A DNA stretch of 63,843 nucleotides, counting the filler, from Octopus bimaculoides (lineage: Eukaryota): the NCBI RefSeq assembly GCF_001194135.2. It is 7 parts of 5 records of this genome, joined end to end, with 100 filler letters (N's around TTAATTAATTAA, not from the genome) between each part and the next. Parts side by side here need not be neighbours in the genome. Positions count along the whole stretch, not along the records: positions 41,370 to 57,999 come from NC_068982.1; positions 58,100 to 62,442 come from NC_068982.1; positions 62,543 to 63,843 come from NC_068981.1; 4 more parts are not named here. One strand, written 5' to 3'. Each line of letters opens with the position of its first letter. Positions within the stretch are counted from its first letter, which is position 1. Shown here piece by piece: positions 51,926-63,843 of this stretch. The position numbers and the translations under genes were made by a program. The notes beneath the pieces were generated by a model. The model worked only from the letters and a program-made list of their open reading frames with translations, was not told the DNA's origin and made no database searches.

Positions 51926-53019
51926 GTTAACTCTACACCTACAAAAAGTAGAAACATTTTATAATAAATAAATACTTTCTTAGTTTGTAGTACTGTTTAC
52001 GAATGCTACCATGATTATTAGCCACGTGGTGAGGGGAGAGAGGGAGCTCCAACGCTTTACCTGAAGCACACATCGGTGGCTTACTAAGCCTGGATAAGCT
52101 CCGCATCACCATCGGCTTCATATTCGAAACCAAAGAATATGGGAGAACGAGGTCTTGTTATGGATGGTTAACCTCCTCGATTCTGAGGGTTTCCATAGAT
52201 TACCAAGTCGACTGAATGCGGATCACGTGAGTTGTCACCACAAGCCCTAGTCAGAGTAAATATCCCCTTAACGTTGAAATTGTTAAGGGGATAACGAAGG
52301 ATCAGATCCGTTCAGCTCTCAGATTATGCCTAGACACAAAGCCCAACATAACATTCGTGAATGTGTTAAAAACAACCAATGGTAACACACACTCTACCAA
52401 GTAAACTCAAGATGAAGAACGGTGTTTTGTAAGTAGACCGATCGCCAAGTTATGCCTGATTTTAGAAGGAGACAAGTAATTAGATAGATTTGTATCTATA
52501 CCTATAATCGGGTTTTGTTAGGGCCCCATTTGGTAAAGATGTGGATGGGAAAAGTGTGGGTAGAGGGTGATGTGCGAGCAACCCTCTCCTCTTACTGTTT
52601 TACAAAGTAAACAACACAAATAATTTCACAGAAGCAGCCATGGTTGAAACAAGAATAAAAACAACAAGCATTATTAAAAGAGAAAAGAAGCATGGTCATT
52701 CCTTTTCCAAGTGACCTTATCTTATCGCCCATCACTTGCTAATGCGCTTACAAATTAGTTTGATAGTTGAGCTCTGATTGGGTGTATGCAAATAATTCAT
52801 AACAGGGGCCTGGAATTCTCGAGGGAAAAAAAAATTTGCGCCCGAGGCGTTATATGCTAGGTAATGCCAAGGAGGGCATGACAAAGACAAGGAAATTTCC
52901 ACGACTGTCAGCTTGTACACGCCGAAGTTCAGCTTGCTCGGGGCGCCAGCAACCCTAGGGCCAACCCTGTCGACAGACTAACTAACTCAAATACGTAAGT
53001 AATCCCTTTCTGCGCTCAC

Positions 53020-53400
53020 TTCGTTAACAGTAACAGCAGCTTTCATGGCAACAGCAATCTACATTACCACTTCGGATCAATCAACTGATATGCCATTCCG
53101 TTTAAACCGGCATCAACTTAAGCTTACATCATCACTTTTCAGAACAATTCCTTTGTATATCTTCTCAGACAATCTCGTACCAAAACGAGTCTACGTTTTC
53201 AATTTTTCTAACCAATCAGTGATTTAGACCGAAACGATATTAAAGAGCTTTACTGGTCTCAGTTTGTTTACTTATTGTCATTTTACCAATCGTCCCCGTT
53301 TGACCAAACGCTACTCTACAGAACAAACGCTACTCCACAGTTATGCCGAGAAACAACGCAGCATACTCGACGTTTCCATGGTTGACGCTTTCTGCTAAAA
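53020..53400. promoter_or_regulatory. Promoter-like CpG-retaining segment
   Basis: CCAAT boxes at 53212 (aaccaatcag) and 53286; RFX X-box-like motifs at 53039-53052 and 53372-53386. Motif match only. Confidence 0.3.
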
Positions 53401-56029
53401 GTGCTGAACTTTTCTACTAGTAGTATACATTATTCCCCACACTGTGCAAACACACTCTGCACGCACGCATGTATGTGTATATGTGTGTTTGTGCGCGTGT
53501 ATATATGTGTGTAAAATTCATCAAAACACTTGTAGCAAGCTGTATTAATCTATCTATACGTTATATTCATATTTTCTGAGTGTTTCAATCTTTAACCTGG
53601 AAAACGAAGCCTAATATCATATGTACATTTTATAGTGGTCAGTAATTAATATATCGAGCAGAGGGAATGTGAATAAAACCAAATGAATTATCATTTTCGT
53701 CTATTTTGATCAGATTCACTATTCTCTACAAATCTGTACAAAATGACTTTGCTTTATGAAAAGATAATTCTTGGAATAAATGAATATGGTAATTGTTGAT
53801 AGTCCACTAAAACGTTAAAATTGGTCAAGCGAAGGTGTAATTCGCGTCGCTTATTTGCTTTTGAAGAGAGTGCTAGACAACTTAATGTTATCAGATAACG
53901 TACTGTCACATGAATGGACTTAGAAATAGTGAATAATCAACACCGAAACACGAATTACACTGACCTGAACACAGCGAGAAGGTGAATTTATTAGAACAAG
54001 TGTAATCTCTTTCGATAAAAGCGCTTGCTGTTTCTAGCTTTCGTTATGACACACGTTGGGAAGCTGAGTCTGCGACCTAATTTCGATTTGCGGCAGAAGT
54101 TATTTTGACTTCATTTATATTGCTAAAGCATTAAAAAAATTTTCTTTTTCGTTTTATCTAAATATCATGGTTTCGTGGTTTCTTAAGGAAACAACTAAAA
54201 GCATCTCTTATCCATTCTCCGTGATATTATTGCAGAAACTTTTGTAGTTGTTTATTACTATATCTAATGATATAGTAAGTGATTTCCATTTTTCTCTGCT
54301 TTTTGTGTCATCTTGTAGCATCTTTTTATACATGCCTTTTAAATCTTAATAGATTCACATTATAGTTGAATATCACTCACTTGACAATACCAATGTTTTA
54401 TGCCTTGCACTTCCTTCGTCTATAGCTCTCTAAGAGCTTTATTTCTTATGGAGTTTCGAAAGTTATATCCTAGCAACAGACAAGAACATTTGCATTGTTG
54501 GAGTAATAATGTTGTTGCGTTCATGTGGGATAAGATTAAATCAGAACTCGTGTGTACCCTGAATATCTTGAATTATGCCCTTCCTCCTTTCGGGCCCTAG
54601 ATTCCTGATGAAGCTGCGATATACGGCATTGGCCCTTTTAATTCTGGCGGTTTTAAAAATTCTTCTCCAGGTCTAAGTACAGTCATTTTCATTTTCGTAA
54701 GAAGAAGAAGAAGAAGAAGCAGAGACCGATCTGGAATGTTACTTTATTTATCGACTCTTGAAGGCTGTAAAGCAAAGTTGACATCAGAAAGATTTGAACT
54801 CGGCAACAAATACCGAAAACTATTCTCCCCGACACTCCGCTGATTCGACCACTTCGTTGGCTAAATTATGTAGTATCACACTCAAAACGCTTCAGTTTAC
54901 CTTGGCCTTTTCGACTCTTGGACTGTTACAAGAGTAACAACTGATGATCTCGTTCATCTGGTAGAACTGATGGGATATAGGCCTATTAACATAAAGGTCG
55001 AAAGTTCGTATCCTAACAGCGGTGACAAGCTATGTTCATGAGCAAGACACAACTTTCAGTGGTTCAGAAGATTTTAATGAAATATGTAGTGTGTATATAA
55101 GAGAGCTATGTTGTATGTATATAAGAAAAATCTCAAGTACTAAATCCCAGACTACATTATTTCAGCCACCACAGTCACCTTCCGCATTGGACACAGGCCT
55201 TTGTTCTGATTATGGGCTTTGTATGATGTATAAGCGTTCATCTTCTCACGTTCATCTTCTAAAGAGATACTTTCTAGCGTTATTTTCCAAATAGGTAAAT
55301 ATTATATTTGGAATAGTTGAAATAATTATTACTGGAGGTTTCTCATACATTTCAGGTCTTTGCATTTCTTATTGACATTATTCCTGAGTTAATTTCATTC
55401 GATAATGGTATACTTTGTCGAAAATAAAAAGAATTTCTTAGTTTGTTTTTGGTAATCGAAGTATATATTTTAAGCTTTTAAGTGAAATGTACAAAACATA
55501 ATTATTGTATATTTTAAAGGATAAGTGTCTGCTATTATTTAGTTATTATTTAGTCAACTGGACAGGGCATTGCTCTTGTGTTTCACTGGCTTTCCGAGTT
55601 AAATAAGATTGATACGGTTGATGCCGAGTTCAATGACTGCAAGAAAGGCATAGGTAGGAAGAGAATTCCAAAGGGTTGACATTATTGAATAAAAGAACGG
55701 GAAAAGATGGTAGGTGCAGGATAGAGAAAACAGCTAACTTTAAAAAGTAGAATCTATTGTAATAACGATGAAAATGTTGAATGGATAAAGATCGTTTCTG
55801 TGAACAAAAGGTTAAAATAATTTGGTGAGCGAATGTTTGCAAACCAGTCTGTCGCTTTCTTTTTTTTTTATACAGTCTAAGATGTTTGTGTGTGGCAGCA
55901 GAACAGTGGGTATTACAGCATTACAGCTCTCTGACAAAGTAATGCACTGGGGTTCCTACATACACAATCACAGCTTACATATGTAGTGAAACCTCTCTCT
56001 CGGGTATTTATTTACGAATGCGAACGTAG

Positions 56030-56175
56030 CGGCTAACATCTAGTCTCGGCCCGCTTGGACCCTACTGTGTCCATCACCCTGATTGGCTTTTATTTGCGCG
56101 ACATTTGTCTCCAGTTCTGTTTCGCGCCAAGGTGCATACCGACCAATCGTGGCCTTCTGATAAAGTCACGTGAAA
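56030..56175. promoter_or_regulatory. Promoter-like motif cluster
   Basis: ATTGG at 56082, TTTCGCGC (E2F-type) at 56120, CCAAT at 56143, GTCACGTGA E-box at 56165. An NRF1-type TGCGCATGCG lies at 56842. Motif match only. Confidence 0.35.
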
Positions 56176-57399
56176 GAGTGTTTTTCTGCTGTAGAAAATA
56201 CTATTGCTCTAATAGAAATTGTGAAAGAAAGCAAAGCACTAATAAACACAACATTGAGTGGCTGGTAACAGCACAGACAAACGAATATCAATTTTGGACA
56301 TGTAAGCCATTAAAAGAAATGCGGACATTGAAACCGCAAACCAATAAACTGCAAACGATGTTATTTCTTGCCATTCAGAGCAAATATATAGTTTAATTTG
56401 GTAAGATGAATCTGCATATTTGTATCTACTGAAGGAAGTCGGTTTAAACGACTTCAAAAATTAAAGAAAATATTATTTGAAAGATGGTTGCCAGTAACAT
56501 TAACTGATAATGGAATAGAGCGTTTTAAAGAGGTAGATATTTCAGAATTGCAAAGTACAAAAGATACTTCAGATACCCTTAACGCTTGGCATTACGTATC
56601 AACACACAACCTATGAAATACAGAAACAACTGTCATAAACCATAGCATACATTGTCGGAGAAACATTCACGAATGGAAAGTGCACTCAAAACAAAAGATA
56701 ATTAAAAGTTTAGAATGAACAAAACCCTCAAAGAAATTATAAATCAGTGCCAAATTAGCATTAAAAATACAATTTTAATGGAAAAACAAATTGTAGATGT
56801 CATAATTGTGTAATTTCGTTAATCACATTGTAGTAACGCCGTGCGCATGCGTAGAATTAAACAACCAAGCGTTCCCGCTCAATTCATTCTCTTTCTCGCT
56901 GGCCAGCGATTGAGCATGGACGTATTTAAGCTGTCTCTCTACATCTTAAAACTTACACTCGACAGCTCGCTCACAACTACAGAACAACGTCCCAACAACT
57001 ATGCTCATACACACAGAAGCTGTAACAACAAGAACTAAAGATGTATATATTTACCACCTAAATAAAGTGTTGTTTAAGTTGATAGTCTTGAGTTCAGCGT
57101 TCCGTTATATTCTTAATTTTATAGTAGGAAAGTCAGGTATACATCTAAAGATGTATAACCCACTTTCAACATCACTGAAGGTGCAACTTATTAATTTAAA
57201 TCAGGTCATATATTTACAGTACATCAAGAAATTAAATTTATCTTGTTACGCGTACAAATGCAACGAAGACTATATAAAACAAATGGGATTAACTGGAAAA
57301 TATAACAATCCAGTGTATTTACAAGAACCCAGTTACACACAAATATCTGTTAACTAAAATTTGGACATCTGTACAACAAATAAATTCCTGAAATATTGG

Positions 57400-57550
57400 T
57401 TTCAAATTTTGGCGCAAGACCAGCATTTCCAGTGAGGGGCTTAGTCGATTAAATCGCCCCCAGTGCTCAACTGGTACTTATTTTATTGACTGCGGAAGGA
57501 TGAAAGGAAAAGTCCTCCTCGGTGGAATTTGAACTCAGTCTGCCAGCTCG
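57400..57550 (-). mobile_element. SINE family B fragment
   Basis: cccagtgctcaactggtacttatttt...ggatgaaagg...ggaatttgaactc. Confidence 0.75.
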
Positions 57551-58106
57551 CAGTCTAAATTCCCAAAATATTAATGTTTTCCTTTGTACTAATGTGCTGA
57601 CAGTGCTGTCGACCGAGTAAGGATATGTGAAAAAAGTCCATTTATCTAAAAAATTACCAACAACATTGGAACAGATTGTGACTGTTGTTATTTAGATAAG
57701 ACAATGTAATCGAATGAGAATATTGTAGAAGGATTAAAGGACTTAGAGTGCTATTCTTTCTCTATTTACCTAACATGCAGTGATAGTAGAGAATAACTTA
57801 GTAAAATCACATGTCTAAAGCAACATTTCAAAAACAATACATTCGCTAGCAGCTGTTTGTAAGGTCATTAGCTGTGACTTCATTTGTAACTTTCCAGCTT
57901 GCTTTACTTATATATATATTCATACAGATCGAATTATCATTAATATAATTTGCTGTGTAAAATCGATAATTATAACGAAGTTTTGAAATCGGTTAAATAN
58001 NNNNNNNNNNNNNNNNNNNNNNNNNNNNNNNNNNNNNNNNNNNTTAATTAATTAANNNNNNNNNNNNNNNNNNNNNNNNNNNNNNNNNNNNNNNNNNNNT
58101 CATATA

Positions 58107-58496
58107 CACAGGTTGTGATGAATAAACTCTTGTCTAAATTACACAAAAATGAAAAATAACACTGAAATCCCATTTTAACAAATATATTTACCAAAATTGC
58201 ATGAAAATATCTTGAAATACTAAAGAGTAAATTTATTCAATAAAATTGCCATTGGCTTCAACCATGGCCTCCAGACAACTTCAAAATCTCCTGCAACTCT
58301 TCTGGATGGTCTCCTTGTTTAAGTTGGTAAATGCTGTCATAATTTTTGCCTTCAGTTTATCTTTGGTTTTACAAGGAGTGTTGCTGGTCTCTCACTCAAC
58401 TGTGCCCCACACCTAATAATCAAGGGGCTTGCAGTCTGAGGAGTTAGGTGGCCAGATGTTTGGGGTGATGGGGTCAAAGAAATTGTCTGATAGCCA
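58107..58496 (-). pseudogene. Tc1/mariner transposase 3' remnant plus terminal region (WPPNS type, probably DD37D/maT-like)
   Basis: 58233-58496 minus: WLSDNFFDPITPNIWPPNSSDCKPLDY*VWGTVE*ETSNTPCKTKDKLKAKIMTAFTNLNKETIQKSCRRF*SCLEAMVEANGNFIE*. The terminus ends at TA (58105-58106). Confidence 0.9.
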
Positions 58497-58665
58497 TGGT
58501 GGGACTGAATGCAGAACCATGTGTTTGGGAAGCAAGCTTCTTACCACACAGTCACTCCTATGTATATATTTATGTGTGTGTGTTTCTGTCTGTGTTTATC
58601 CCTACATCATTGCTTGATGACTGATGTTGGTGTATTTATGTCCTCATAACTAGGTCATTAGCATA
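58497..58665. mobile_element. SINE family A fragments in opposite orientations
   Basis: Head on minus (gggactgaa...aagcaagcttcttaccacacag) followed by the 3' body on plus (cattgcttga...gatgttggtgtatttatgtcc). Confidence 0.7.
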
Positions 58666-59376
58666 TGGAAGTTTTCCCTCACAGCTATTTTGAAATTCCT
58701 CTATTATGGCCTGGAGAATTATAATAAACAAGGAGAGAGTTGATGGACACCCAGTCACATGCTAAACTCATTTTTGAATTCATTGCTAACTATATTAATT
58801 TCGTTTATCAATTTGTTTTGCAAGATTCCTGATGTGAAATTGTGTGTTGAAACAGATATTGTTGTATTTTGAGATGGTCATTTTATTCTTTTTTTTTTTT
58901 GACAAATAAACACTCGCACTATATATATATATTTTTTCTTCACTTGTTTATCACTGTTCTTATGGACATAAAATAAATAAGAACAATAAGAAAAAAATAT
59001 ATATATAGTTCGTAGAAGAAAATATATATATATAGTCCGTATGTTTATTTGACCAAGAAAATAAATAAATAAATAAAATGACCATCCCGAAATACAACAA
59101 TTCATTAATTTCATTTATTCTTTTACTGGATTCAGTCTTTGGTTGTAGCCATATTGGGACATGCTCCAAGAATTTGACTNNNNNNNNNNNNNNNNNNNNN
59201 NNNNNNNNNNNNNNNNNNNNNNNNNNNNNNNNNNNNNNNNNNNNNNNNNNNNNNNNNNNNNNNNNNNNNNNNNNNNNNNNNNNNNNNNNNNNNNNNNNNN
59301 NNNNNNNNNNNNNNNNNNNNNNNNNNNNNNNNNNNNNNNNNNNNNNNNNNNNNNNNNNNNNNNNNNNNNNNNNNNN

Positions 59377-59423
<47 letters not shown>

Positions 59424-59501
59424 ACAGACAGGCAGAGAAGAAGTAACAATAGAAGGTAATTTTTTTGCTACATTGATCTTAAACCAATATAAACCCACAT
59501 A

Positions 59502-59696
59502 TGAGGGATTGCTGAAAAGTATCTGGTTTTAAGGGTATTGCAAAAGACCTGGTTGGAGGCCCAACCTTCCAAGTACTTTTACAGGAGTTTGAAAAGCTGA
59601 AGGATTGCTGCTATAAGCGTGTGAATCTGAGAGGGGAATATGGTGAACAAAATCATAATTAACTGATCCTCCTGTATTTTGTTTTACTCAAAGCCA
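59502..59696. mobile_element. Mariner MITE, second copy, truncated by a gap
   Basis: TA|tgagggattgctgaaaagt; the interior is the reverse complement of 22161-22376. Confidence 0.85.
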
Positions 59697-60300
59697 NNNN
59701 NNNNNNGGCAACACCAGGCTCCAGTCTGATTTGGCAGAGTTTCTACAGCTGGATGCCCTTCCTAATGCCAACCACTAAACATATAAACATATTTAATCCA
59801 TAAACATTAGTCTGACAAAACAGAATAAATTTTGTCAGACTAACAATTATGGATTAAATATTTGTATTCATTCTCAAACTTATCTTTAACTTTGAGTACT
59901 TTCTTCTAAGTGGCTGGACATAGCTTCTTTTTGAACTTGCCACCCACTGAAATATATAAACATATCTACATAAATGAGTTGCACTCAACATATTTAGTTG
60001 GAGGTAAATATTTTAATATCAGGTTGACTCAGCTCCACATTTCTCAAAGCTTTGTAAGTATAGATATACAACTGGATACTCAGATTACAGTTTATGTAAA
60101 GACAGTTTAAAAACATTTTTAAAATGGCTTCTAGGTGAGAATATTTAAGTCACCATTCATCAGGTCATGTGGATACTTTGACAAAGTAGCAACAATAGTT
60201 TATTCTGTATGCACTCCATATGGTAGAGGAGACAGTCTATAGAGAGTAGTTTATAGAATTTGAAAGTTTGGTGTCATCAGTTACTGACACACTATGTCAA

Positions 60301-60950
60301 CAGCCTCCCGAATTTTTTTGCACCACAGACCAGTTTCAGGCATGGTAAATTTTTCATGCACCAGAGTGTCAAGTACATAGCAAAAATTCAATAATGTGCA
60401 TAATATATAATTTCATTATTACATAAACGAAAGACCCCCTTTGGTCATGAATGACCATGGGATTACACCTAGAGATTTACCTTCCAAGGCACAAGTCTGG
60501 GTTAGGTTGTTTATTAGAAGACCAGCAATTGCCCATGCATAAGACACCCCACTCCATGCCACGGATGTTATCCAAGGGAAAGGCAAAGGCCGACACGGCT
60601 TGGCACCAGTGATGTTGCAACTCCTTTCAACACCTGAGTGAACTAGAACAATGTGAAATAAAGTGTCTTGCTCAAGAACACAACACATAGCCCGGTTCAG
60701 GAACTGAACACACTACCTTGGGATTGTGAGCCCAACTATTTAACCACAAAGCCATGCACCTTCACTTTATAAATGTATTATATATACTACATATATAAAA
60801 CAAAGACACCTTGCAAATTGTGATAGTCAATAAAATAAGAAATAAATTCAAAAATTTTTCCCTTCTGTATAGCAAGCTACAAAATGACCCATGGCCTCCT
60901 ACTGGTCTGTGACCTACTACTGGTCTGGGCCTTGTGGTTGGGGACACCTG
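60301..60950. mobile_element. hAT (Charlie-like) MITE interrupted by a SINE
   Basis: 5' cagcctcccgaattttttgcaccacagaccagtttc and 3' ggtctgggccttgtggttggggacacctg. No clean TSD. Confidence 0.5.
60428..60765 (-). mobile_element. SINE sharing the family C head and core, with a different tail
   Basis: gtgaactagaacaatgtgaaataaagtgtcttgctcaagaacacaacac...aaccacaaagccatgc. Confidence 0.7.
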
Positions 60951-61688
60951 AACTAAGTAACAGGGTGACCAGTATGATGGAGTTAGATTATATATTAGTT
61001 TGTGAGTCAAGTATAGCTGTATGGTGTAATTTTAACCAGGTGACAGTTGGTGACAACAATAGTAGGTAGAAAGAAAATAAATTCACTTTGGGAAAACAGG
61101 GAAAGTATACTCTGCAATTTTGCATTGGCCAACTAGGGTAGTCATTCTGGGTTATTAGTGGCCAATGGTTTGAAGTTCATTAACAGTGTAAATCTTTGCT
61201 AACAACAAAAAGATTGATTAGTTTTCCTGTTCAACCAATTTTGTCTACAAACCTTATAATGAAGTTACTGGTACTCATTTTCAGCTGAGTGTAATGTGGT
61301 ACCTTGCTCAAGGATACACTACTCTAACTGGTTTTAGAACTGAACCTTCAACCTAATGATCATGAATTCAACACCCCTAACTACTAGGCTATGCATATTC
61401 ACAATGAAATATAACTTTTTGTAAATGTTTTATTTCAAAATCTGTCTTAATATCATTCTATAACAAACAATAAAATAGGTAATATAAAAATGTGTTTATT
61501 TTTCTTTTCATAGTAAATTTACAATATTATAAATTCTTTCAATTTTCTTTCATGCGCTGATATATTATTATTTTTTCATACCTTCTGAAATACTATTTCT
61601 GTATTTAGATGAATCATGATCATCATCATCATCATTTTAATGTTCACTTCTCAATGTTTGCTTGGGTTGAACAGAATTTGTTGAGGCA

Positions 61689-62175
61689 GATTTTCTACAG
61701 CTGTTTGCCCATCTTGTTGCCAATCTTCATGTTACCAAGCAAGGCTTTTTTTTACCTTATGGTCTGACACATTTCCAGAGAATTTGGCAAATGAATGACA
61801 CCACTTGTATGATGGTGATGCACTTTTACAACTATCACACAATATCAGGACAAGGAGATACAAATACTCTCCCCTACACGCACACACATAAACACATATA
61901 CACACATATATCATCATCAACATCTTTCTNNNNNNNNNNGATTTTCTACAGCTGTTTGCCCATCTTGTTGCCAATCTTCATGTTACCAATCTTCATGTTA
62001 CCTTATGGTCTGACACATTTCCAGAGAATTTGGCAAATGAATGACACCACTTGTATGATGGTGATGCACTTTTACAACTATCACACAATATCAGGACAAG
62101 GAGATACAAATACTCTCCCCTACACGCACACACATAAACACATATACACACATATATCATCATCAACATCTTTCT
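61689..62175. repeat. ~240-bp direct duplication flanking a 10-N gap
   Basis: 61689-61929 and 61940-62175 are near-identical except for one short divergent patch. Confidence 0.9.
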
Positions 62176-62408
62176 TTAATTTTTGCTTTCCATGCTGGCA
62201 TGAATTGGACAGTTTGACAAGAGCTTGGACTGGGCCAAGTTCCAATGTCTTATTTGATATGGTTCCTATAGCTTGATGCCCATCCTAACACAACCACCAC
62301 ACAGAGTATACTAAGAACATTTTGTAGTACCAGCACTAGTAGAATCATCAACTAATTTACAAAACAAGACACCTTCAACTGAATGGGTGTAGTATTGAGG
62401 GAGGTTAG

Positions 62409-62442
<34 letters not shown>

Positions 62443-62585
62443 NNNNNNNNNNNNNNNNNNNNNNNNNNNNNNNNNNNNNNNNNNNNTTAATTAATTAANN
62501 NNNNNNNNNNNNNNNNNNNNNNNNNNNNNNNNNNNNNNNNNNTCTGTATTTAGCCCTGTGTGGCTATAATAAAAAGCTATCTATG

Positions 62586-62632
<47 letters not shown>

Positions 62633-63796
62633 TTTTTCTCTCGATCCCTTTTGATCGAACTCCCCCCCTTTTTTTCCTTCCTACGATCCCTTTTGATCGC
62701 CACCTCCTTACTTTTTTTTCCCTTCCCCCTCCCAAAAAGAAAAGCTCTTCATTGTATTTGTCCCATCTTTGTTGAGCCCTGTGTGGCTAATAAAAGAAAT
62801 ATATTTGTCTATCTATATGAATGTGTGTGTGTGTGTGTATCGATATCCACATGATTGTGTCATTTTGTACATATAAGTTCTATGACAAATCTTCTAAGAC
62901 ATTACCCGTGTCCCTGCGTATAGGCGGATTGGTGGGTGTGTAATCTTCACGTTATGAAAATACGTATATACAAAAATTAATATGTCTAGATTAACATAAT
63001 ACTTGGGTGCCAGTGTACCTATTTAAACAATACTCAAATTCGCTTGCAATTTATATATATACAGAAACACGCACATTTATATTTACACAAGTATGTATAA
63101 ACATGCATACACACATACGTGCATACATACACGCACACACATATATATATGCATATATGTATATATATATGAATATGTGTGTCTATATATATATATATAT
63201 ATTATAATATATGGGCATATCTATATATATAGTTATATATCTACATTTATATTTATAAAACACGCACGCACACACAGACACACACACACACAAACACATA
63301 TACATACAATTATGCACTTATATATAAACAACTATATATGTACATATATACGCATANNNNNNNNNNNNNNNNNNNNNNNNNNNNNNNNNNNNNNNNNNNN
63401 NNNNNNNNNNNNNNNNNNNNNNNNNNNNNNNNNNNNNNNNNNNNNNNNNNNNNNNNTATATACATACATATACATACACACACACACGCACACATGCACA
63501 TATATATCGCATAGTCTGATGGTAGCTTAGCTGTAAAAAACTTCGAACTCACTGTCAATACTATTCTTGGTAAAGAATAAGGTATTTGTACTCTACTGAG
63601 TTTAAATTGTAGCATAAGAAAGGAGCAGTATCGAACTCGAGTCTTCAGCAAATGCCAATGAGTTAAGATTGGTAATTGAAAATTACGTAATTGAAAATTA
63701 CGCGGTATTCCAGCGAGGCCGCAGTTTACGGACTGAAACGTATAAAAGAATAAAAGAATATATGTATTGGTTGTTTTGTGTTCTTGTCCCATTCTG

Positions 63797-63843
<47 letters not shown>

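Noticed and set aside
54604-54640. CTGATGA followed by a short stem, hammerhead-like
   Set aside because: No GAAA after stem II and no stem I/III pairing.
57001-57357. 118-aa plus-strand ORF
   Set aside because: AT-driven composition, no recognisable domain and no convincing splice or start context.
61689-62276. Apparent tandem duplication and the 161-aa repeated ORF
   Set aside because: Near-identical copies on either side of a 10-N gap are typical of uncollapsed haplotype overlap.
1-63843. CRISPR array, rRNA, intact tRNA or prokaryotic operon
   Set aside because: No regularly spaced repeat-spacer units, no rRNA signatures, and all tRNA-like segments lack a complete cloverleaf.

Overview
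AT-rich, microsatellite-dense, gapped eukaryotic scaffold. The SINE families, simple repeats and linker style suggest an octopus (coleoid cephalopod) draft genome; this is an inference. No complete protein-coding gene, rRNA, intact tRNA or CRISPR array can be supported, and nearly all listed ORFs are microsatellite or gap artefacts. The window holds decayed mobile DNA: several tRNA-derived SINE families, three Penelope-like GIY-YIG remnants, an RTE (Expander-like) LINE whose 5' part is inverted, a CR1-type tail, a Tc1/mariner transposase remnant, mariner and hAT MITEs, and a ~1 kb long-TIR element with an 8-bp TSD and internal telomere-like repeats. The main observation is a Penelope pseudo-LTR that combines a tRNA-like Pol III head, an (AAT)n tract and a near-intact minimal type-I hammerhead ribozyme (24253-24298, minus). 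It sits in an inverted-pLTR arrangement, and a second, degenerate hammerhead follows another Penelope remnant. Other observations are a pre-miRNA-sized hairpin, a CpG-depleted block bounded exactly by scaffold linkers, a 260-bp perfect palindrome at a contig edge, promoter-like islands at 53 and 56-57 kb, and several unassigned candidate exons.
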